Positions 8,989 to 19,370 are shown, counted from the first letter of the stretch. The stretch is DNA of 64,000 bases from Waterburya sp. (GCA_965217895.1 CBDCJV010000002.1:1632001-1696000), one strand, 5' to 3'. Made by a program: numbers and translations. Notes: generated by a model from the sequence alone, not told the origin.

Positions 8989-10350
8989 ATGAATCAAAAA
9001 TTACAGCAGGGTCAAACAGTTGAATTAGAAATAACTGACCTTAATACTAGCGGGGAAGGAGTAGGGAGGCATGAAGGTAGAGTTGTTTTTGTGCCAAATA
9101 CAGTTACTGGCGATCGCGTTTGCGCTAAAATAATTCAGTCTAGAGCTAAATTTGCCAGAGGAAGAGTTGAGCGATTATTGGCAACCTCGACCCACCGTAT
9201 ACGCCCTAATTGTATAGTGGCTGACAAATGTGGTGGTTGTCACTGGCAGCATATCGATCCCGTCTATCAAAGAGAAGCCAAGCTTCAGCAAGTAATTCAG
9301 GCTTTTCAACGTATTGGGGGTTTGTCAGACATTGAGGTACAGCCAATTTTGCATACATCAAATGTTCTCAACTATCGTAATAAGTCTACTTATCCCCTAG
9401 CTAGATCGACTACAGGACAAGTTCAAGCTGGCTATTATCGACAGGGTAGTCATAAATTGGTCAATCTAAATCAGTGTCCTGTGCAGGATGAGCGTTTGCA
9501 TCCATTACTTAGAGAAGTTAAGCAAGATATTCAAGAAAGAGGTTGGTCAATCTACAATGAAGCCAGCCATCAAGGGAAGTTACGTCATCTTTCTCTGAGA
9601 ATTGGTAGCAATACAGGAGAAATGTTACTCACTCTAGTAACGACAGACCAAAATCTTTTGAGTATAAAAGAACAGGCGCAAATCTGGCTAGATAAATATC
9701 CTGGACTCGCGGGTGTATGCTTAAATATTAATAGCGATCGCACTAATGCTATTTTAGGCAAAGAAACTATTACCGTGGCAGGTAAATCTTATCTACGAGA
9801 AATTTTTGCAGGAGTAGAGCTAGAGATTGCTGCGGACACTTTTTTTCAAATTAATACTAATGCAGCCGAATTGTTATTTCAGGCAATTATCGAGCAGTTG
9901 AACCTTACAGGGAATGAAACTGTTATCGATGCTTACTGTGGCATTGGTACGTTTAGCCTACCCTTGGCACAGAGAGTAAGGCAGGTTACGGGCATAGAAG
10001 TTAGTGCTGCTTCTATTCAACAGGCTCAAAACAATGCTCTACTTAACCACATTAATAACGTTACTTTCTGCATAGGCAAAGTCAAAAACGTAATCGAGCA
10101 AATTGAGCCACAGCCAGATATTTTTATTCTCGATCCTCCTCGAAAAGGATGCGATCTTCAGGTAATTAAGGCATTACTTAATTTACAGCCATCTAAAATT
10201 GTTTACATTAGCTGTAAACCTGCAACCTTGGCTAGAGATATTAAATTATTGTCTCAATCAGGTATTTATCAACCTGTATATGTTCAACCTGCTGACTTTT
10301 TTCCTCAGACTACTCATGTTGAGTGTTTTGCCATTTTAAGCAGGACATAA
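8989..10350 (+). CDS. rlmD: 23S rRNA (uracil-1939-C5)-methyltransferase
   Basis: TRAM domain, CGGC Fe-S motif, FFQIN, DAYCGIG, LDPPRKG, YISC, DFFPQTTHVE. Confidence 0.95.
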   Translation: MNQKLQQGQTVELEITDLNTSGEGVGRHEGRVVFVPNTVTGDRVCAKIIQSRAKFARGRVERLLATSTHRIRPNCIVADKCGGCHWQHIDPVYQREAKLQQVIQAFQRIGGLSDIEVQPILHTSNVLNYRNKSTYPLARSTTGQVQAGYYRQGSHKLVNLNQCPVQDERLHPLLREVKQDIQERGWSIYNEASHQGKLRHLSLRIGSNTGEMLLTLVTTDQNLLSIKEQAQIWLDKYPGLAGVCLNINSDRTNAILGKETITVAGKSYLREIFAGVELEIAADTFFQINTNAAELLFQAIIEQLNLTGNETVIDAYCGIGTFSLPLAQRVRQVTGIEVSAASIQQAQNNALLNHINNVTFCIGKVKNVIEQIEPQPDIFILDPPRKGCDLQVIKALLNLQPSKIVYISCKPATLARDIKLLSQSGIYQPVYVQPADFFPQTTHVECFAILSRT

Positions 10351-10361
10351 ACAACAACTTA

Positions 10362-10474
10362 AGGGGGTGGAGAAGTGGTGAAGATGGTGAGGTGGTGAAG
10401 ATGGAGTAGAAACTTCACTACCCCAATTACCCCTGTTTGCAATAGTTCTACTCTTTCATGCGAACTCACGTTAT
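10362..10474. repeat. Intergenic degenerate tandem repeats forming an imperfect hairpin, ending in CGAACTCACGTT
   Basis: GGTGAAGAT-type purine units followed by ACTACCCC-type units between convergent rlmD and tilS. Confidence 0.5.
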
Positions 10475-10482
10475 CTTGGAAG

Positions 10483-11451
10483 TTAATGATTAAACACAAT
10501 CCATTCTCCTGAGACTTGGGCGATCGCTCCTCCTGGTAAGCTAGAGGTACGGCTTTTGTTGGGCGCGGATATTAGCTGCACTACTGCTTCTATTTGAGCA
10601 AAATTTGGCTGTTTAGAGATTATAGCGGGCAAAAATTGACGGACTGCTCGACGTTGAATTGCAATCGGTGCAGAGCGTAAACCTAGGCGATTTAATTGAT
10701 TATCTTGCTTTACTTTCTGTAATAGTTTTTTGGCTTCAGCTTCTAAGCATTCTATATCTGCTCGTAATAATTCTGCGGTTTGTGCTAGAGAATTTTCCAC
10801 CTGGGGATTAAAATTCTCTTGAAGATAAGGAATCAACTCGCTACGGATGCGATTACGGGCATATTTATTATTTTCGTTAACTGCATCAAACCAAATAGGT
10901 AAGTCATATTGCTGACAAAATTCTAGAGTTTGGCGACGATACAGGTTCATAATTGGACGCACCAAGATTATCTCTGGTGTCAAAGGACGTTGCCAGCTTA
11001 ATGCACCCAAGCCATCAGCCCCCGCACCACGAATCAGGTTGTATAAAAATGTTTCAGCGCGATCGCTTTTTGTATGTCCCGTAACAATATACTCAAACCC
11101 TTTTTCTTCAGCAATTTCCACTAGAGCCTGATAACGCCACTTTCTAGCAGCAGCTTCGGTTTCTGGGAGAAGATTAGCAATTTTGAGATAAAAAGGCAGT
11201 TGCCAAATATGAGCCACATCCCTTACTCTTTGGGCAATTCCTTTGTCTGTTGACCATTGATGATCGCAGTGAGCGATCGCTAATTGCCAATCCCATTTTA
11301 GGCATAGATCCAGCAACAACTTGCCTAAACATAATGAATCTTGACCTCCTGATATAGCAATTAGAATTTTGGCTTTTTTGGGCAAAAGCGATCGTTTTCG
11401 CAGATTTTTATGCACTTTTGTCTGAATTTGAGTCCAATTTGCTTGAGGCAT
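10483..11451 (-). CDS. tilS: tRNA(Ile)-lysidine synthetase
   Basis: SGGQDS PP-loop, EAAARKWRY, TGHTKSDRAET, RNRIR. Confidence 0.96.
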   Translation of the reverse strand: MPQANWTQIQTKVHKNLRKRSLLPKKAKILIAISGGQDSLCLGKLLLDLCLKWDWQLAIAHCDHQWSTDKGIAQRVRDVAHIWQLPFYLKIANLLPETEAAARKWRYQALVEIAEEKGFEYIVTGHTKSDRAETFLYNLIRGAGADGLGALSWQRPLTPEIILVRPIMNLYRRQTLEFCQQYDLPIWFDAVNENNKYARNRIRSELIPYLQENFNPQVENSLAQTAELLRADIECLEAEAKKLLQKVKQDNQLNRLGLRSAPIAIQRRAVRQFLPAIISKQPNFAQIEAVVQLISAPNKSRTSSLPGGAIAQVSGEWIVFNH

Positions 11452-11888
11452 ATTTTAAGAATATCTAAAAATTGGCAATAAAATTAATTATTATTAATCT
11501 GGTTTCAAACTTCTAAAAAATAATTGTGATTAAATTCTCAACTTATCATCTCGAAATTGATTAATCTTCTTTTTAAACAGCAGAATTAGTAAGTTAATTG
11601 GTATTATTACTTAGACAAAACCTACTTATTTGAGCGATTTACGCTTGATTTTATCTAATTCATCTCTTAATTGAACTAAGTCATGTTCATTAAATTTGTA
11701 ATCTATAAATAACTAATTGCTGTATGAAGGGCAGCTTAATACAGCAATAAAGATTAAGTAAAGGAATTTACATTTGAAAAAATCATAAGTAATTATGTAT
11801 AAGTAATAGCTAGTACCAATAAATACTGATAAAAACTTGGTTTCTTGGTTCAAAGTGAAGTTCTTTTGTAAGTTCAAAATATTTGATT

Positions 11889-12971
11889 ATGATTCGTATA
11901 TTACTGGTTGATGACCAAAAAATGGTTATAGAAGCCCTGAAAATCTCTTTAGAACCTGAGCAAGATTTGCAAATTGTGGGAACTGCCGATAATGGTATTT
12001 CTGCTATTGAACAAGTTGAAGCACTGCAACCCGATATTGTGGTCATGAATATGGAGATGCCTATCTTAGATGGGGCTAGTGCTACCAAAAAAATCACAAG
12101 TCAATTTGTGAACACCAAAGTTTTGATACTTACTTCCTATGACAGTGATGAATATATTACTAAATCGTTGGCAATGGGAGCTAGAGGTTATTTATTAAAA
12201 AATACAGACTCACAAGACATTGCTGGAGCTATTCGCAATGTTCACAAAGGCTATACACAGATATCTCCTGGGTTATTAGAAAAGCTACTAGTGTATACAG
12301 ATTCAGGAGTAATAATAAGTAAGCTAAAAAATCCTGTAACTGCACCTCAACAGGGCAACATCTCTACACGGCAAGTTGTGGGTAAATCGCAAAAAACTGC
12401 TGCTGTTTTGCAGCTTGCTTATCGCCAACAACAAGAAGAAATTGTCAAATTGAGGCAAAGTCTGAACGAAAATCAACAGGAATTGCCAAAAATCAAGCGA
12501 AATCTCTCTAGCAATAACAAATTAGTCTGGATGATTGCGGTATTAGGGCTGCTGTCCATAGCAGCAATTAGCTTGGCTTTGTTTAAGCTTTACAACAAGA
12601 CAAATACTATTCAAGCCAAAGCTGAAAGTATTCAAGCCAATATTATTCCCATGGAAAGAGTTGGTTTATATGGAGAATTTAGTCTTAGTGGACTTGCTGA
12701 AAGAGTAGCAAAATCCTACAAGAATGATTCATCGCTGGCTAATATTTCTACTGTTTATGTGGCACAAGAGGATGACGCTATCGTTTTGAAAGGGAAAATT
12801 CCTAATGCTGCGCTGCTTAGCAAAATGGAAAATCTTGCCAAGCAAGTTCCTGGAGTAAACAAGGTTTATACTAGTCAGGTTTCAATCCAACAAGTCTCAG
12901 GCGAAAATGTCCTGGGTTCGCAGGCAGTAGATGTTTTAATGGAATCAACAATCCCAGTGAAAAATGAATAA
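11889..12971 (+). CDS. NarL-type receiver (phospho-Asp replaced by Asn) plus coiled coil, TM helix and BON domain
   Basis: LLVDDQ..PDIVVMNMEMP..GYLLK; TM LVWMIAVLGLLSIAAISLALF; C-terminus IPMERVGLYGE..GLAERVA..VYVAQ..VLKGKIP resembles cyanobacterial BON proteins. Confidence 0.8.
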   Translation: MIRILLVDDQKMVIEALKISLEPEQDLQIVGTADNGISAIEQVEALQPDIVVMNMEMPILDGASATKKITSQFVNTKVLILTSYDSDEYITKSLAMGARGYLLKNTDSQDIAGAIRNVHKGYTQISPGLLEKLLVYTDSGVIISKLKNPVTAPQQGNISTRQVVGKSQKTAAVLQLAYRQQQEEIVKLRQSLNENQQELPKIKRNLSSNNKLVWMIAVLGLLSIAAISLALFKLYNKTNTIQAKAESIQANIIPMERVGLYGEFSLSGLAERVAKSYKNDSSLANISTVYVAQEDDAIVLKGKIPNAALLSKMENLAKQVPGVNKVYTSQVSIQQVSGENVLGSQAVDVLMESTIPVKNE

Positions 12972-13000
12972 TAATTGATGAATTACAATTCCAAAACTGC

Positions 13001-13057
13001 GTCCCTCTGGTAAAAAGACAGCATCGTATTGATTAGGATCGATGTCTTCGATCGCCT
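13001..13057 (+). repeat. 57-bp near-identical copy of an internal segment of the DJ-1/PfpI gene (15799-15855)
   Basis: GTCCC(T/C)CTGGTAAAAAGACAGCATCGTATTGATTAGGATCGATGTCTT(C/T)GATCGCCT, 2 mismatches. Confidence 0.9.
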
Positions 13058-13063
13058 TTTCTC

Positions 13064-13303
13064 TTAATTTATAAACTGTGGCGAATTTTTTCTTTGGTTT
13101 ACTTCTTTAGCAAATTCTTTTTCTAAGGAGGGTGATTTTCTATGCCACCAGCGAATTGAATAAGAAATCAATATAGAAAAAAGGATAATCGGTGAGAAAG
13201 CAAGGCAAGTAGGAACAACAATCGTCAGGATAAAGGCTGGATGTAGTTCGCTCAGATTTCTCAATTTAAATTCAGCGGTTAAATGATTTTGTACTCTTGA
13301 CAT
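13064..13303 (-). CDS. Small hypothetical membrane protein, divergent from LysR
   Basis: ATG 13303 with GGAG upstream; long hydrophobic segment. Confidence 0.5.
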   Translation of the reverse strand: MSRVQNHLTAEFKLRNLSELHPAFILTIVVPTCLAFSPIILFSILISYSIRWWHRKSPSLEKEFAKEVNQRKNSPQFIN

Positions 13304-13481
13304 TGTAAGTTTTTCTCCAGACAGCCTATTGTTATCAAAACTCAGTATAGATAGACAATAAATAGTAATCAAACAGGGACGCTAATTAATTTGTATGAGT
13401 AAAACTAATAAATATTAAATAGCTTTAATGTATGATGTTAGGCTAATTAAAACAGCCTATTCTTTTGGTTGCAGATGTAGC

Positions 13482-14405
13482 ATGAAACTTTCCCAACTAC
13501 GCTCACTAGTTGCTGTCGCCGATACTCTCAACTTTGGCAAAGCTTCTCAGTATTTAGAAGTTTCTCAATCAGCAATCAGTCATGCGATCGCTGCATTAGA
13601 AGCAGATCTAGGCATTGTTTTGTTAAGGCGAGGACGATACGGCGCTCGTCTGACTCCAGTAGGCGATCGCATCGTCAACCTCGCCCGTCAGATGCTTGCC
13701 TTGTCTGAAGCAATAGAACAAGAGGCTATAGTTGCTAGAGGAATTGAGGGTGGACAGGTTCGGATTGCCACCTTTCGCAGTTTGGCAACTCATATTTTGC
13801 CAAAAGTGATGGTTCAGTTTCAACAAGCTTTTCCTGCTATTAAAGTCACAATTTCTGAGTATTTCAATCAAGCTGAAGCAGAACTAGCATTGCGTCGCGG
13901 AGAAGCTGACGTTGGACTTCTTCACGTGCCGATAGATGAAGAATTCGAGAGTTGGAAGCTGTTTGAGGATGAATATTTGGCTCTCCTGCCTCCAAATTCC
14001 ACGATAACGAATCAATCCTTAACCTGGTCAGACTTTACAATGTATCCCCTAATTTTGCCATCAGAAATTGACGTTTGTGGAGCTTTGATTCGCCAATATT
14101 TTGCCGAGCATCAACAAAAGCTCGAAATTGCTTACGAAATTAAAGAGCCGTCTACGATTGTCAGTATGGTCGAACAAGGACTAGGAGCGACAGTAATGGC
14201 TCGACTTGTCGCTGAGCCTATTTCCCCTAGAATCCGTTTGCATAGCTTACCTGTCCCTTTACAACGATCGGTTGGGGTAATGATTCTCTCAGAAGCGTTA
14301 TATCCTCCAGCAGTTTTCGTTTTTCTCGATCTGATTAAAAAGATGAATTTTCAGGGCTGCCAAAAGTTAATTCCAGAAGATTTAAGTTTGAGATCGTTGG
14401 GGTAG
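13482..14405 (+). CDS. LysR-family transcriptional regulator
   Basis: MKLSQLR..NFGKASQYLEVSQSAISHAIAALEADLG HTH plus substrate-binding domain. Confidence 0.93.
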   Translation: MKLSQLRSLVAVADTLNFGKASQYLEVSQSAISHAIAALEADLGIVLLRRGRYGARLTPVGDRIVNLARQMLALSEAIEQEAIVARGIEGGQVRIATFRSLATHILPKVMVQFQQAFPAIKVTISEYFNQAEAELALRRGEADVGLLHVPIDEEFESWKLFEDEYLALLPPNSTITNQSLTWSDFTMYPLILPSEIDVCGALIRQYFAEHQQKLEIAYEIKEPSTIVSMVEQGLGATVMARLVAEPISPRIRLHSLPVPLQRSVGVMILSEALYPPAVFVFLDLIKKMNFQGCQKLIPEDLSLRSLG

Positions 14406-14492
14406 CCAAAGATTTCGGAGACTGCTTTTCTTTTTACAGCCAGAACTACTTCTGCACATTCTCTCAGTCGCGCACCGAGAACGGGATGATAT

Positions 14493-15284
14493 TTATATAG
14501 AGCGAATGATGCCACCATCGACACGCTGTGCCGCCCCATTAATGGCAGAAGCATTTTCAGAGCAGAGAAAAACAACTAGATCGGCAATTTCATTGACGGT
14601 AGCAAATCGTTGCAACAAAGATGTAACCCCATCAGCCTTGAAGTAATCAGTTTTCATTGCCTCAACTGTTGTGCCAGAAGATTGAGCAATTTTGTCCAGA
14701 AATACTTCTACCCCTTCAGTCCAGGTTGGGGCGACGAGTGCTGAATTTACCGTAACTCCTGTACCTTTAGTCATTTCTGCCAAGCCACGGGCTAAGGCAA
14801 TCTGGGTAGTTTTGGTGACTGAATAGTGAATCATTTCTGGGTTTGGTTTCACTCCCGCTTCGCTGGCAATGAAGACAATTCTGCCCCAATTGCGATCGAG
14901 CATTCCAGGCATCAAAGCACGTGTTAGCCGTACACCACTCATCACGTTGAGATCGAATAATTTTAACCAATCGTTATCTGTCACGCTAAAGAAAGGCTTA
15001 AACTCGAAAAATCCCACGTTGTTTACCAAAATATCAACCGAACCAATGTCAGTGACGGCACGAGCTAACTGTTCCGCACCCGTTGCTGTAGCAATATCTG
15101 CCACGACTCCATAAATTTCGCCGCGATCGCCCAGTTCACTAATCGTTGCATCGACCCGATCTTGAGAGCGACCGTTAATAATGACAGTTGCTCCCTCACG
15201 CAGTAATATAGATGCAACTTCTTTACCAATACCCTGGGTCGATCCAGTAACCAGAGCAAGTTTATTGCCGAGATGTAAATCCAT
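14493..15284 (-). CDS. SDR-family oxidoreductase
   Basis: TGSTQGIG, NNVG, YSVTK catalytic motif. Confidence 0.93.
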   Translation of the reverse strand: MDLHLGNKLALVTGSTQGIGKEVASILLREGATVIINGRSQDRVDATISELGDRGEIYGVVADIATATGAEQLARAVTDIGSVDILVNNVGFFEFKPFFSVTDNDWLKLFDLNVMSGVRLTRALMPGMLDRNWGRIVFIASEAGVKPNPEMIHYSVTKTTQIALARGLAEMTKGTGVTVNSALVAPTWTEGVEVFLDKIAQSSGTTVEAMKTDYFKADGVTSLLQRFATVNEIADLVVFLCSENASAINGAAQRVDGGIIRSI

Positions 15285-15406
15285 TGTCTTGTATTCTCCT
15301 AAGTTGTAAAATCTTTAATGTTTCACATTATTACTTGCCATCATTAGCAATCCAGCCGAGAGTAAAAATGCTAATTTCGAGACATTCTGGCGGTTCAAAT
15401 TCCCGT

Positions 15407-16117
15407 CTATTTCTGCACTGGAACTTTAGCTTGTAGAGCTTCTAAAAGCTTATTTGCTACTAGTCCAGAAGAAGCAGGATTTTGACCAGTGATTAAATTA
15501 CCGCTTTTAATAGCAAAAGGTTCAAAATTGGCAACTCCTTGAAAATCTGCGCCCAACTCTCGTAGTTTAGTTTCCAGCATAAAAGGTACGGTATTAGAAA
15601 GCCCGACAGCATCCTCTTCTGCATTGGTAAAAGAACTAATTTGTAGCCCGTTGACCAAAGGACTACCATCGGAATTAGTCGCACTAATTAAACCCGCAGC
15701 ACCGTGACATACAGCAGCAACTAGCTTATCTTGAGCATAAACTTGAGAAACAAGCTTTGCTAATGGTTCACTATTAGGCAAGTCCCACATCGTACCGTGT
15801 CCCCCTGGTAAAAAGACAGCATCGTATTGATTAGGATCGATGTCTTTGATCGCCTGAGTATTATTAGTTGCAGCTACAGCAGATTTGTCTTGTAAAAAGC
15901 GATCGACACTTTCGGCATTTTCTCCTAAAGGCTTCTTACTCTCTGGGGCAATAGGTATTGCACCACCTTTGATAGAGGCTATTGTTACAGATGTACCCGC
16001 ATCGACAAAAGCATAATAGGGCGTGGTTAATTCTTCTAACCATAAGCCAGTAGGTTCAACCGTATTACCCATAACTGCGTGGGAGGTAACAACGATCAAT
16101 ATTTTTAAGGAATTCAT
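15407..16117 (-). CDS. DJ-1/PfpI (Hsp31-like) type 1 glutamine amidotransferase domain protein
   Basis: TGLWLEEL, FLPGGHGTMWD, AVCHG, ITGQNPAS. Confidence 0.93.
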   Translation of the reverse strand: MNSLKILIVVTSHAVMGNTVEPTGLWLEELTTPYYAFVDAGTSVTIASIKGGAIPIAPESKKPLGENAESVDRFLQDKSAVAATNNTQAIKDIDPNQYDAVFLPGGHGTMWDLPNSEPLAKLVSQVYAQDKLVAAVCHGAAGLISATNSDGSPLVNGLQISSFTNAEEDAVGLSNTVPFMLETKLRELGADFQGVANFEPFAIKSGNLITGQNPASSGLVANKLLEALQAKVPVQK

Positions 16118-16188
16118 TTTTTTAACAGTCCAATAATGTTTTACTTTTCTTTACCGTAATGTAGCTTGAACGAAAAGAGTACTTATAG

Positions 16189-16207
16189 TTATGGCTTTCA
16201 GCCATAA
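16189..16207. promoter_or_regulatory. Palindromic LysR-type operator between divergent DJ-1 and LysR genes
   Basis: TTATGGCT-TTC-AGCCATAA, containing T-N11-A. Confidence 0.6.
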
Positions 16208-16221
16208 TTATTTTTATAGCT

Positions 16222-17103
16222 ATGAGTTATCTACCCCAGCTACGTACTTTCCTTGAAGCCTATCGCACTGGTTCAATTACCAAAGCTGCCGATCGCCTGC
16301 ACTTGACCCAGCCAGCAGCATCAGCACATATCAAATCTTTAGAGGCGTTAATGGAGAAGAAGCTGTTTGTCCGCCATGCTAGAGGAATAAAACCTACGGC
16401 GATCGCCGATGATTTAGCCAGATCGATTGCCCCTCATTTAGAACAGATCGAAACTAAGTTTAATGCGGTACGATCGCGTATTGCGACCGTTGCCGGTACA
16501 ATTCATTTAGCTGCCCCAGCCGAATTTTTAGATGCTAAAGTATTACCCGCGATCGCATCTTTATTGGCTCACGATCTCAAAGTCAGAATTCATTTAGGTG
16601 GAAAAGAACGCATTTATCAACTATTGGATGATGGCACAGTAGATCTGGCAATTACCGCATCTCAACCTCAAAGTAAAGCTTTAGATTATGCTGAAATTGA
16701 GCAGGAGACTTTGATTTTAGTTGCTGCTGCTGATTGGGAAAAGCAACATTTAATTAAACCATTCGATCCACGGCAATTATTGAGTTTGCCTTTGATCGCC
16801 TACGATGAAGATTTACCATTAGTTCGTCAATATTTTGCCGAGGTATTTCAAATTCAACTAGATATTCAGGCGACGGTGACTGTTGCCGATTTAAGAATAG
16901 TGCGATCGCTTGTATCTTTTAGTCAAGGTTATACTGTTTTACCAAAATATCTGTGTGAACAAAAGCTACAGACTGGCAATCTCCGTCTTTTACATCAGAC
17001 AGAATTTTATCCTCGTAACAATCTTTATCTAGTTTGGAATAAAGGAAACTTAAGACATCCGAGAGTAGTGTACACGCGAGATCATTTGTTAGAAATTCTC
17101 TAA
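16222..17103 (+). CDS. LysR-family transcriptional regulator
   Basis: GSITKAADRLHLTQPAASAHIKSLE HTH. Confidence 0.93.
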   Translation: MSYLPQLRTFLEAYRTGSITKAADRLHLTQPAASAHIKSLEALMEKKLFVRHARGIKPTAIADDLARSIAPHLEQIETKFNAVRSRIATVAGTIHLAAPAEFLDAKVLPAIASLLAHDLKVRIHLGGKERIYQLLDDGTVDLAITASQPQSKALDYAEIEQETLILVAAADWEKQHLIKPFDPRQLLSLPLIAYDEDLPLVRQYFAEVFQIQLDIQATVTVADLRIVRSLVSFSQGYTVLPKYLCEQKLQTGNLRLLHQTEFYPRNNLYLVWNKGNLRHPRVVYTRDHLLEIL

Positions 17104-17414
17104 TTAACCTGAGTTCGGGTTAGGCAGATTGAGGTAAAAGCCAATCAAGACGCAGACTAGGTTTTTTTGGTTGATGACAATAAGCGATTAATCCACAGAG
17201 AACATTGACGCAAAAATTGACTGGCGATCTCGTTTACTAAATTCATAAGCTAAAATCCTCGTTAATGTTCCATGTATAAGATTACAAAAAAACTTATGAG
17301 TTAGAAAAAAATCTCAGAAGTATTGGTGATGGTCGATGAGATACTTTAGGCGATTTTCAAAAAGTTGTTTAGAAGACGGAAACTGGGATAATAGAGTTCG
17401 CTAAAGAAAAAAGA

Positions 17415-17546
17415 GCGATCGCGCTAACGGCTTATGCAGGGAAAATAGATCGGTAAAGTACTTTTAATGCTGGATATCAAAAGCATATTGCTAAACCAAT
17501 CGATCTTCCAGAGTTAATAAATACTATCGTGCAATTAATTCAGTAA
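17415..17546 (+). pseudogene. C-terminal fragment of a hybrid-kinase receiver domain
   Basis: AIALTAYAGKIDR*STFNAGYQKHIAKPIDLPELI; starts at a HIP1 site and has an internal stop. Confidence 0.7.
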
Positions 17547-17798
17547 ACAAATGTCAAGAGTTAAAGGAAAAAACTTAGATTTCCAAACTGTTTAACTGCC
17601 TGTTTAAATATGTATTTGTCGATTCCCATTGATTACAAGCAAAGATAGATTATTTTAAGTCTGAGAAAAAATAGCATTGAATTATAGACTAAATAGACTG
17701 AACTGCTAAAGATAAAAAGAATAACATCAAGGTTATATTGATGGCTGCGCTTCAAGTCTGCTTTACAACCATGTAATTTAAAACTCAGTCATATCGAA

Positions 17799-17975
17799 AT
17801 GAATACCTGTTGTTGCTGTCGCGATCGACTACTTCGGCATTTAAGTCATAACAAAGCCTATTGGTTTTGTCCGACTTGTTATCAAGAAATGCCTAATTTA
17901 AGTCAAATGTTTTCTGCTTCTATATTAAAAACTCATCAGAGTAAATCATCTCAAACTTTAGTTTTCACTAGCTGA
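17799..17975 (+). CDS. Small Cys-rich zinc-ribbon-like protein (58 aa)
   Basis: MNTCCCCRDRLLRHLSHNKAYWFCPTCYQEMP; CxxC..LLRH..YWFCxxC.QEMP pattern of a small cyanobacterial family. Not in the ORF track. Confidence 0.75.
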   Translation: MNTCCCCRDRLLRHLSHNKAYWFCPTCYQEMPNLSQMFSASILKTHQSKSSQTLVFTS

Positions 17976-18004
17976 AGCTTTCTAATAATTTGCTGGTTTT
18001 AGAC

Positions 18005-18376
18005 ATGGAACAATTAAAATCGACTTCCTCCCTCAGCATAGATACAATTTTTAGTTGGATTTCAAACGAGCATTCTATTGAGTGCAAATGCCGTCTGAGA
18101 ATTTTCAATCTTTCTCTAGGACTATTTTTAGTAATTATTTCTGCTACACCCGACTATCCAGGCGCATCATTTACTCAATCACTACGGCAGGTTATCCATC
18201 AAGTTAGTTATAGCTTCAATTTGCCCTTAAATAAAACCATGTGGATTGAACATTACCCTGCATTCAATTCAAGTGACATTGATTATTACTATCATTTATT
18301 ATTAGCTAGGCATCAGGTGTCTTGGCATCAAATTGAGCTAGCTAAATTAAAATTTATTCTAAAACAAGCAAGTTAA
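18005..18376 (+). CDS. Hypothetical cyanobacterial protein
   Basis: CRLRIF..PGAS..WIEHYP pattern; intact ORF. Confidence 0.6.
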   Translation: MEQLKSTSSLSIDTIFSWISNEHSIECKCRLRIFNLSLGLFLVIISATPDYPGASFTQSLRQVIHQVSYSFNLPLNKTMWIEHYPAFNSSDIDYYYHLLLARHQVSWHQIELAKLKFILKQAS

Positions 18377-18513
18377 AAACAAAATTTTGCTTTTGTTTAT
18401 TAGGTTATGAATTAAAAGACAGTTCAAAAGCACCTCACAAGCGCGTCTAGTAAATCGTTTTAGTGGTACTAGTAAATACCACTGTCTACAAAAAAGCGAT
18501 CGCCTAAACATCT

Positions 18514-19188
18514 TCATTTATTTCTCTTAGAAGTGTAATGACCAACCAAAATAGCGATTAATGTAGAAGGATACAGTTGCCCGATAATTGCTTCTAGATT
18601 AGTAAGCATGGTAGCTAATGGACTTACAGGAACAATATCACCATAACCAAGAGTCGTCAAAGTCTTAAAGCTAAAGTGAATTGCTCTACCATAAAATTTG
18701 GCTTCACTAGCTGCTTGAGAAGAAGCTCTCTCGTCGAAACTAGCAACAATAGTATACAGTAAAGCCCAGAAAAAACCGATGAGGAGATAGGCACAAATAC
18801 CGCCACGAATTGTGTCGGCTGTTATATGTTGACACAACAAGATATCTCTTAAAATCAGGAATACAGCTACACCTAAGTACAGGGTATATACGCTTTGAAT
18901 GAAAAAATAAATGAATGCTGTTTTAAAACTGTACCAATCAAACAGAGCAACAGTCTCTAAGCCAAATGTTAAACAAGCAATTCCTAGATAGAGTCGGAAT
19001 AGTTTCTGGTGACGGGAAAAAGTTTTAACAATGATAATAATGGCAGATAGCAAAATTGCCGAACTAAATAATCTTCCAATAATGCCGTAAAGAAAAGGAG
19101 CAAGTACGAAGTTTGTCACTAAAATAACTAGCAAATTAGTATCTTTGTTCTTAGGTAATGTTTTAGATGGGAAAACTGGTTTAATCAC
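18514..19188 (-). CDS. Potassium channel family protein (Ion_trans_2)
   Basis: FSFKTLTTLGYGDIVP selectivity filter; multiple TM helices. Confidence 0.88.
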   Translation of the reverse strand: MIKPVFPSKTLPKNKDTNLLVILVTNFVLAPFLYGIIGRLFSSAILLSAIIIIVKTFSRHQKLFRLYLGIACLTFGLETVALFDWYSFKTAFIYFFIQSVYTLYLGVAVFLILRDILLCQHITADTIRGGICAYLLIGFFWALLYTIVASFDERASSQAASEAKFYGRAIHFSFKTLTTLGYGDIVPVSPLATMLTNLEAIIGQLYPSTLIAILVGHYTSKRNK

Positions 19189-19370
19189 CTTTGAGCAATC
19201 TTAGTCACAATTTTTACAAGCGCGTTACACCTGCTATACGGCTCAATCGCTTGTAATTGGCTTTTATCTTTTCTATCATTGATTATAGTATCGGTGCTGA
19301 TAAACGAGACACTTCAGCAGATAGCCCAAGCATATTCATTTAGTTTTCTCAAAAGTATAATTACCAGAGT

